From assembly GCA_964510205.1 (NCBI GenBank), contig CAZEBW010000012.1, positions 5,029 to 69,028 on the forward strand: 64,000 bases of DNA, written 5' to 3'. The DNA comes from an uncultured Anaerolineae bacterium (lineage in GTDB: Bacteria > Chloroflexota > Anaerolineae > VGOG01). The position numbers and the translations under genes are program-made. Shown here one piece after another: positions 59,457 to 64,000 of this stretch (positions are counted from its first letter, which is position 1; every line of letters begins with the position of its first letter). The notes under the pieces are model-generated. The model was not told where the DNA came from, did not search any database, and saw nothing but the letters and a program-made list of their open reading frames with translations.

Positions 59457-59846
59457 TCACCACTCCCGCTTTCGGATCATGGCGCAGGTGTCGTGGACGA
59501 CCTGGATGCCCTGCTCCTGGCAGAAGCGAATGGCGTCCGCCGATTCCGAACCGGGCTGCATCCAGACCCTCGCCAGCCCCAGTTCCGCGCACTGGCGGAC
59601 GATTTCTTCGGTTACCTTTGGTGGGACGACGATGTCCACCACCGCCGGCTTCTCCGGCAGGTCGGCCAGGGTGGGATATAGCTTCTGGCCCTCGATCTCG
59701 CCCCCACCAGGGTTGACGCCGTAGACGATGTATCCGGCCGATCGCAAGTTGTGGAATATCTTGTGGCCATACTTGTCGGGATTAAGTGAGGCCCCGACCA
59801 CCGCCCAGACGCGCTGACTAATGAATTCCTGAATCAGATCTTCCAT
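59457..59846 (-). CDS. CoA-binding domain protein
   Basis: VWAVVGASLNPDKYGHKIF... Confidence 0.6.
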   Translation of the reverse strand: MEDLIQEFISQRVWAVVGASLNPDKYGHKIFHNLRSAGYIVYGVNPGGGEIEGQKLYPTLADLPEKPAVVDIVVPPKVTEEIVRQCAELGLARVWMQPGSESADAIRFCQEQGIQVVHDTCAMIRKREW

Positions 59847-59868
59847 CCCTCACCGCCACCAATGCACT

Positions 59869-60279
59869 CTACAGGGGATGCTCAGGCTCTTCTCGTCGCT
59901 CTCCCAGCATCTCCTTGATGATGTCCACCAGCGCCTCTGGGTCAACCGGCTTGTCCAGGAACACGTCCACCGGCAGGTAGTCCTCATCGGGAGCGAAGCG
60001 GTAGGGCACTTCTCTGACATTGTGCACGTTGGTGAGAATCACGATAGGCAACGCGGTCAGATGGTGCTCTTCCCTGATTTCGCGGGCCACGTCGAATCCC
60101 TCGTAGCCTGTCGGCATCATGACGTCTAGGACCACCAGGTCCGGCTCGGTGCTCAAGACTTTGTTGATCCCTTCCTCTGGCGTCGTCGCCGTATCTACCT
60201 CAAAGTCGTTGGCTTCGAGCACCATCTGAAAGACATAGTTGAAATCCGGGTCGTCGTCTATGATCAGTATCCTCGACAT
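59869..60279 (-). CDS. single-domain response regulator receiver
   Basis: RILIIDDDPDF...LVVLDVMMP... Confidence 0.8.
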   Translation of the reverse strand: MSRILIIDDDPDFNYVFQMVLEANDFEVDTATTPEEGINKVLSTEPDLVVLDVMMPTGYEGFDVAREIREEHHLTALPIVILTNVHNVREVPYRFAPDEDYLPVDVFLDKPVDPEALVDIIKEMLGERREEPEHPL

Positions 60280-60281
60280 AG

Positions 60282-61655
60282 CTATCCTCCCCGCTCGCGC
60301 ATCTGTTTTATGGCCATTTCCGCGGCATTCACCATGTGATAGGCGATGGGCGAGGCCGTCAGCGCAGGATGGGTGCCGGTTTGGAACATGGCGATGTCCT
60401 CGGCGGTCATGCGGTTCTGCACGCAGGCGGAAATGGCATTGATGATCTCACCCGCCGCTGGGCCGCCCATCACCTGCCCTCCCAGAATCACGCCAGAGTT
60501 CCGCTCGAATACCAGCTTGACCTTGGTGTTCGCCGCACCGGGCATGATGCCTGGGTGGCGATTGGGGCCTTCCATGGTCACAGCGACCACGTCGTAGCCA
60601 CGCTTCCTGGCCATTGCCTCGGTCAATCCGGCAGTGGCCAGCGCGTGATTCCCCACCGCCGTTGACCACACGCCCACCGTGCCCACGTTCTCGCGCCTGA
60701 TGCCAAACAGATTGGCTCCGGCGATGCGCGCCTCCAGCGTAGCGATGGACGCCAGCTTCAGTGGTGAGGGCCTTCCGCCGAAGAACGAGATTTTCTCGGC
60801 GCAGTCGCCGCAGGCGTAGATGTTGGCGTCGGATGTCTGCATCGTCCGATCCACCGCGATGCCGCCGGTCAGGCCGATGCGCAGCCCGGCCTGTTTCGCC
60901 AGGTCCACATTGGCCACAGATCCGATGCCCAGGATCACGATGTCGGCCTTGATCTCCGTGCCGTCGGACAGGAGAACCTTTTCCACCTTTCCATTGCCCG
61001 CGATCCTCTCCACTCTGGAAGCGGTGCGGATGTTGATCCCTCGCGATTCGAGCACTTTCTCCATCTCAGCGCAGAACTCCTCGTCGTACGCCAGCGCGAG
61101 ACAGTGGGGCATGATCTCGACCACGGTGATGTTCTTATCGTCCGCCTTGTTGATCTCGTCAGCGAACTCGATGCCGATGAACCCGCCCCCGATAATGACC
61201 ACGTCCTGGGCCGTTTCAAGCCGCCGCTGAAGCCCGCTCAGGTATTCGACGTCCTTGACCACCGCATAAACGCCGTCTAGGTCGAAGCCTGGTATCGGTG
61301 GCATGGCAGGCCTTGAGCCTGTGGCCACGATGAGCCGCTCGTAGCCCACGTCCCCTTCGGTAGTGTGAAGGACTTGGCTTTCCCGGTCTATGTCAGTGGC
61401 CTCGGCGAGGAGTAGCCCGATGTTGTTCTTTTCGAGCACAGCATCACCGATGAGGTTCTTCTGGGGAGTCCCCACCGTGCCGAAGATGTAGGGAATACCA
61501 CACGGAATCAGAACCTGTTTCTCCTGACGCACCAGGAGGATCTTCTTATCTGGATAGTGACGCCGCGCCGTAATCGCGGCAGTCAGCCCAGCGGCGCTTC
61601 CTCCAATGACGACGCCGCTACGTACATGTGATGAAGCGATGTCAGCCTGTTCCAT
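60282..61655 (-). CDS. FAD-dependent pyridine nucleotide-disulfide oxidoreductase (NADH oxidase/CoA-disulfide reductase-like)
   Basis: VVIGGSAAGLTAA...; redox Cys in IPCGIPY; second Rossmann VVIIGGGFIG. Confidence 0.85.
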   Translation of the reverse strand: MEQADIASSHVRSGVVIGGSAAGLTAAITARRHYPDKKILLVRQEKQVLIPCGIPYIFGTVGTPQKNLIGDAVLEKNNIGLLLAEATDIDRESQVLHTTEGDVGYERLIVATGSRPAMPPIPGFDLDGVYAVVKDVEYLSGLQRRLETAQDVVIIGGGFIGIEFADEINKADDKNITVVEIMPHCLALAYDEEFCAEMEKVLESRGINIRTASRVERIAGNGKVEKVLLSDGTEIKADIVILGIGSVANVDLAKQAGLRIGLTGGIAVDRTMQTSDANIYACGDCAEKISFFGGRPSPLKLASIATLEARIAGANLFGIRRENVGTVGVWSTAVGNHALATAGLTEAMARKRGYDVVAVTMEGPNRHPGIMPGAANTKVKLVFERNSGVILGGQVMGGPAAGEIINAISACVQNRMTAEDIAMFQTGTHPALTASPIAYHMVNAAEMAIKQMRERGG

Positions 61656-61710
61656 TTGTTTCTCGTTCTCCTTTCTTGCTTTGAGTTAGTGTGTTGTGGG
61701 CTTAGAGCAA

Positions 61711-62127
61711 TCACCCTCGCCCTCCACGCCTTCGATGGCGACGGCCACCCTGCTTCCCTGCAGTTGGCGCTTCTTCGCCAGACTCAGCCGCAGGCTCCCC
61801 GCTGAGCCGCCTATCCAGGGCATTGATGATCGAATCGACCGCACGGGGCAGAAGCCGGCTTCCTATGAAGCTGAGGGCTGCGCCGACCAGCGTCTCCAGC
61901 GTGCCCGGCCGGGGCCTTTCCGCCACGACTGTTGATTCCTCCTTGACAGCCAGCGGCCTGGCCACTTTGATCGCCCCGTTGGGACAGGCCCGCACGCAGG
62001 CCTCACACTCGGTGCACAACTGAGGGTTGATCTGCGCCAGTCCCCCGACAAGCTGAATGGCTCCCTCGGGACAGACCTCCACACAGGCGCCGCAGCCGTC
62101 GCAGCGGTGCAACTCGATGGTCAGCAT
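61711..62127 (-). CDS. 2x[4Fe-4S] ferredoxin
   Basis: CDGCGACVEVCP and CTECEACVRACP. Confidence 0.7.
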   Translation of the reverse strand: MLTIELHRCDGCGACVEVCPEGAIQLVGGLAQINPQLCTECEACVRACPNGAIKVARPLAVKEESTVVAERPRPGTLETLVGAALSFIGSRLLPRAVDSIINALDRRLSGEPAAESGEEAPTAGKQGGRRHRRRGGRG

Positions 62128-62145
62128 TGACTCGTCACCTCCGCG

Positions 62146-62622
62146 CTATGTCCCTAGCTCGTCCAGCCGATGTGTCACCTCGTCCAGTTGGCGACGCAGC
62201 ATCTCGGCCTCCTCGCGCAAGCGCCCCACCTCGTCCTGCTCGTATCCTTCATGTCCATGCTCGACGCTCTCGCGACAGGGCTGGACGCCCCGAAGTTGTC
62301 CACCCAAGTAGCTTTCCAGAGCGTGGCGCACCGTGCCCGACGCCCCAGTCACGGCCTCGATGCCGTACTGATCGAAGAACATGATGGCCCGCCTTCCCAT
62401 CCCGCCAGTGAGCATGACGTTCACCCCCTGGCTCTGGATGAAGCCCGGCACCTGTCCCGGCGCGTGCTGGGTGTAGTACGGATTGTCCACAGCCCGGACC
62501 GCCTGGACCTCCTGGCCCTCCACGTCCGCCAAGATGTAGTGTGGACAGCGACCAAAGTGCGGACTGACCACGCTGTCGAGGCCATTGTTGTCATCGGCAG
62601 ATATCGCAATACGCATTCTCAA
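62146..62622 (-). CDS. NifX/NifB-like (dinitrogenase FeMo-cofactor-binding fold) protein with coiled-coil tail
   Basis: MRIAISADDN...SPHFGRCPHYIL... Confidence 0.6.
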   Translation of the reverse strand: MRMRIAISADDNNGLDSVVSPHFGRCPHYILADVEGQEVQAVRAVDNPYYTQHAPGQVPGFIQSQGVNVMLTGGMGRRAIMFFDQYGIEAVTGASGTVRHALESYLGGQLRGVQPCRESVEHGHEGYEQDEVGRLREEAEMLRRQLDEVTHRLDELGT

Positions 62623-63200
62623 CGCTCCTTTTCTAGTTTTTCGAGCCGATCCACGATCTGAGCCAACTGCTGGCGCAGTTCGCTGGCCGCCTGTTTCAAA
62701 GCCACGACTTCTTCTTCACCGGAGGCAGGCGGCGCGGGCTGAGATGGAGGCGTTGCCCTTCGCATACCTTGCCCCATCCCCATTCCTCGGCCCATGCCGC
62801 GACCCATTCCTCGGCCCATACCCATTCCGCGCCCCGTACCCATCCCGGCGTGAGCTTGGACGTTGGCCCCGCTTACGGATTGAAGTTGCCCTGCTTTGTA
62901 AGCCTCGACGGCCTCTCTCACTGTTCCGCCCGTGAGCACGTAGACGGGCACCCCGGCGGCCTGGAACACGTTGTAGGCGTTAGGCCCAACGTTGCCGGTC
63001 AGCACTGCCTCCGCGCCTTGCTCGACCACGAACTGGGCCGCCTGAATCCCTGCCCCGCCCGCAGCGGACACAGCCGGATTGGAAATGGCTTCGAATTCCA
63101 GGGTCTCCGTATCAACGGAGACGTAGGTGGGGCACCGCCCGAAGACCGGACTGGCCGGCGCGTCCAGGTTCGTGCCGTTGGATGTGACGACAATTCTCAT
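62619..63200 (-). CDS. NifX/NifB-like protein with GRGMG repeat tail
   Basis: MRIVVTSNG...SPVFGRCPTYV; (GRGMG)n low-complexity run. Confidence 0.6.
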   Translation of the reverse strand: MRIVVTSNGTNLDAPASPVFGRCPTYVSVDTETLEFEAISNPAVSAAGGAGIQAAQFVVEQGAEAVLTGNVGPNAYNVFQAAGVPVYVLTGGTVREAVEAYKAGQLQSVSGANVQAHAGMGTGRGMGMGRGMGRGMGRGMGMGQGMRRATPPSQPAPPASGEEEVVALKQAASELRQQLAQIVDRLEKLEKER

Positions 63201-63364
63201 TTGCAAATCCTCCTTGTTAACGGTATAATTTGACTGCACCTCTCCTGCCGGTGGTTAGACCACCGCGCAGGTTGGGGGCTCGGGACGGGTGGCGAGTCTT
63301 CCGATTCTGTTCACCCGCCCCGACGTCTCACTCATGTGAGGCATTGTCCCCCTCCTATTCACTG

Positions 63365-63775
63365 TTATGTCTCCTTCTCGAGTTCCTCGATGCGTGCGCT
63401 GATCTGATCGAGCTCCGCCTTGAGTGCTTCAGCGTGATCCTTCAGCATCTGCATCTCCTGGTCGCGCGGCATCGGGCCGGGCGCCGTAGCGCCGTAGTCC
63501 CACGGTCCGGCCTGCCAAGCGGCCCAGCCAGGACTGTAGCCGAAGCGCATCCAGCCGGGAAGGCCAGTGGCGTAGTACATGTGGCGCCAGCCACGCCCGC
63601 CGCCGCCCCAGCCGCGTCCGCCGCCCCGCCAGCCACGTCCCCTGAAACCTCGGCCAAAGCCTCGGCCAGGAAGGGCGTTGGCGTATCCGGGAGCGTCGTA
63701 GCCAGCACAGAAGCCAGCCGCTCGCCCAGTCATCGAACCCATACCCATCGGTCCCGTTCTATCTCCACCAGGCAT
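63365..63775 (-). CDS. DUF5320-like small protein
   Basis: MPGGDRTGPMGMGSMTGRAAGFCAGY; RGxGGG repeats; C-terminal coiled coil. Confidence 0.5.
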   Translation of the reverse strand: MPGGDRTGPMGMGSMTGRAAGFCAGYDAPGYANALPGRGFGRGFRGRGWRGGGRGWGGGGRGWRHMYYATGLPGWMRFGYSPGWAAWQAGPWDYGATAPGPMPRDQEMQMLKDHAEALKAELDQISARIEELEKET

Positions 63776-64000
63776 CTCAGTCACCTCCTCTCTTTTCAAA
63801 GTGATCTACGTCCCATTCTCCATTCTCCACCGTTCATCCTCTATCTTTCACCTTCAGTCGAGCCCAAATCCGCCGTAACTCCTCCGCCACCGCGCCATCG
63901 GAGTGTTCGGTGATCGGTTTTCCCTGCACCATGGCTCGCGTAACTGCCTGGTCGAAAGGGATCCGTCCCACCACCGGCACACCCCACTCCGCGCACCAAG

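Overview
This is a high-GC bacterial window dominated by a long, co-oriented minus-strand defense island (about 11.2-36.5 kb). The island holds a 74-repeat CRISPR array (37-bp repeats, transcribed on the minus strand) and a type III-B Cmr locus with stand-alone reverse transcriptase, Cas1, Cas2, Cas6 and an uncharacterised membrane protein. It also holds an endonuclease-III-family glycosylase, a two-component-like pair (a double-GHKL histidine kinase plus a receiver-like protein with an unknown effector domain), a C5-cytosine methyltransferase, and a BREX/Pgl-related ATPase-PglZ-DUF1156-methylase module. The island is bracketed by a near-perfect 73-bp inverted repeat pair (1804-1876 and 43694-43766). 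To its right lie iteron-like repeats, a primase/P-loop replication gene, an excisionase-like HTH and a large serine recombinase whose 3' end abuts a truncated comEC, consistent with an integrative element inserted into comEC. The right third of the window (49.5-64 kb) is ordinary redox and metal metabolism: a secreted 4x rhodanese-heme protein, a multiheme cytochrome c (separated from the rhodanese gene only by an in-frame TGA), FeS and cytochrome b subunits, a CDF transporter, an OYE-like flavoenzyme, CoA-disulfide-reductase-like and NifX-like proteins. No tRNA or rRNA genes were recognised. All calls are from reading motifs by eye, and coordinates may be off by 1-3 nt in places.
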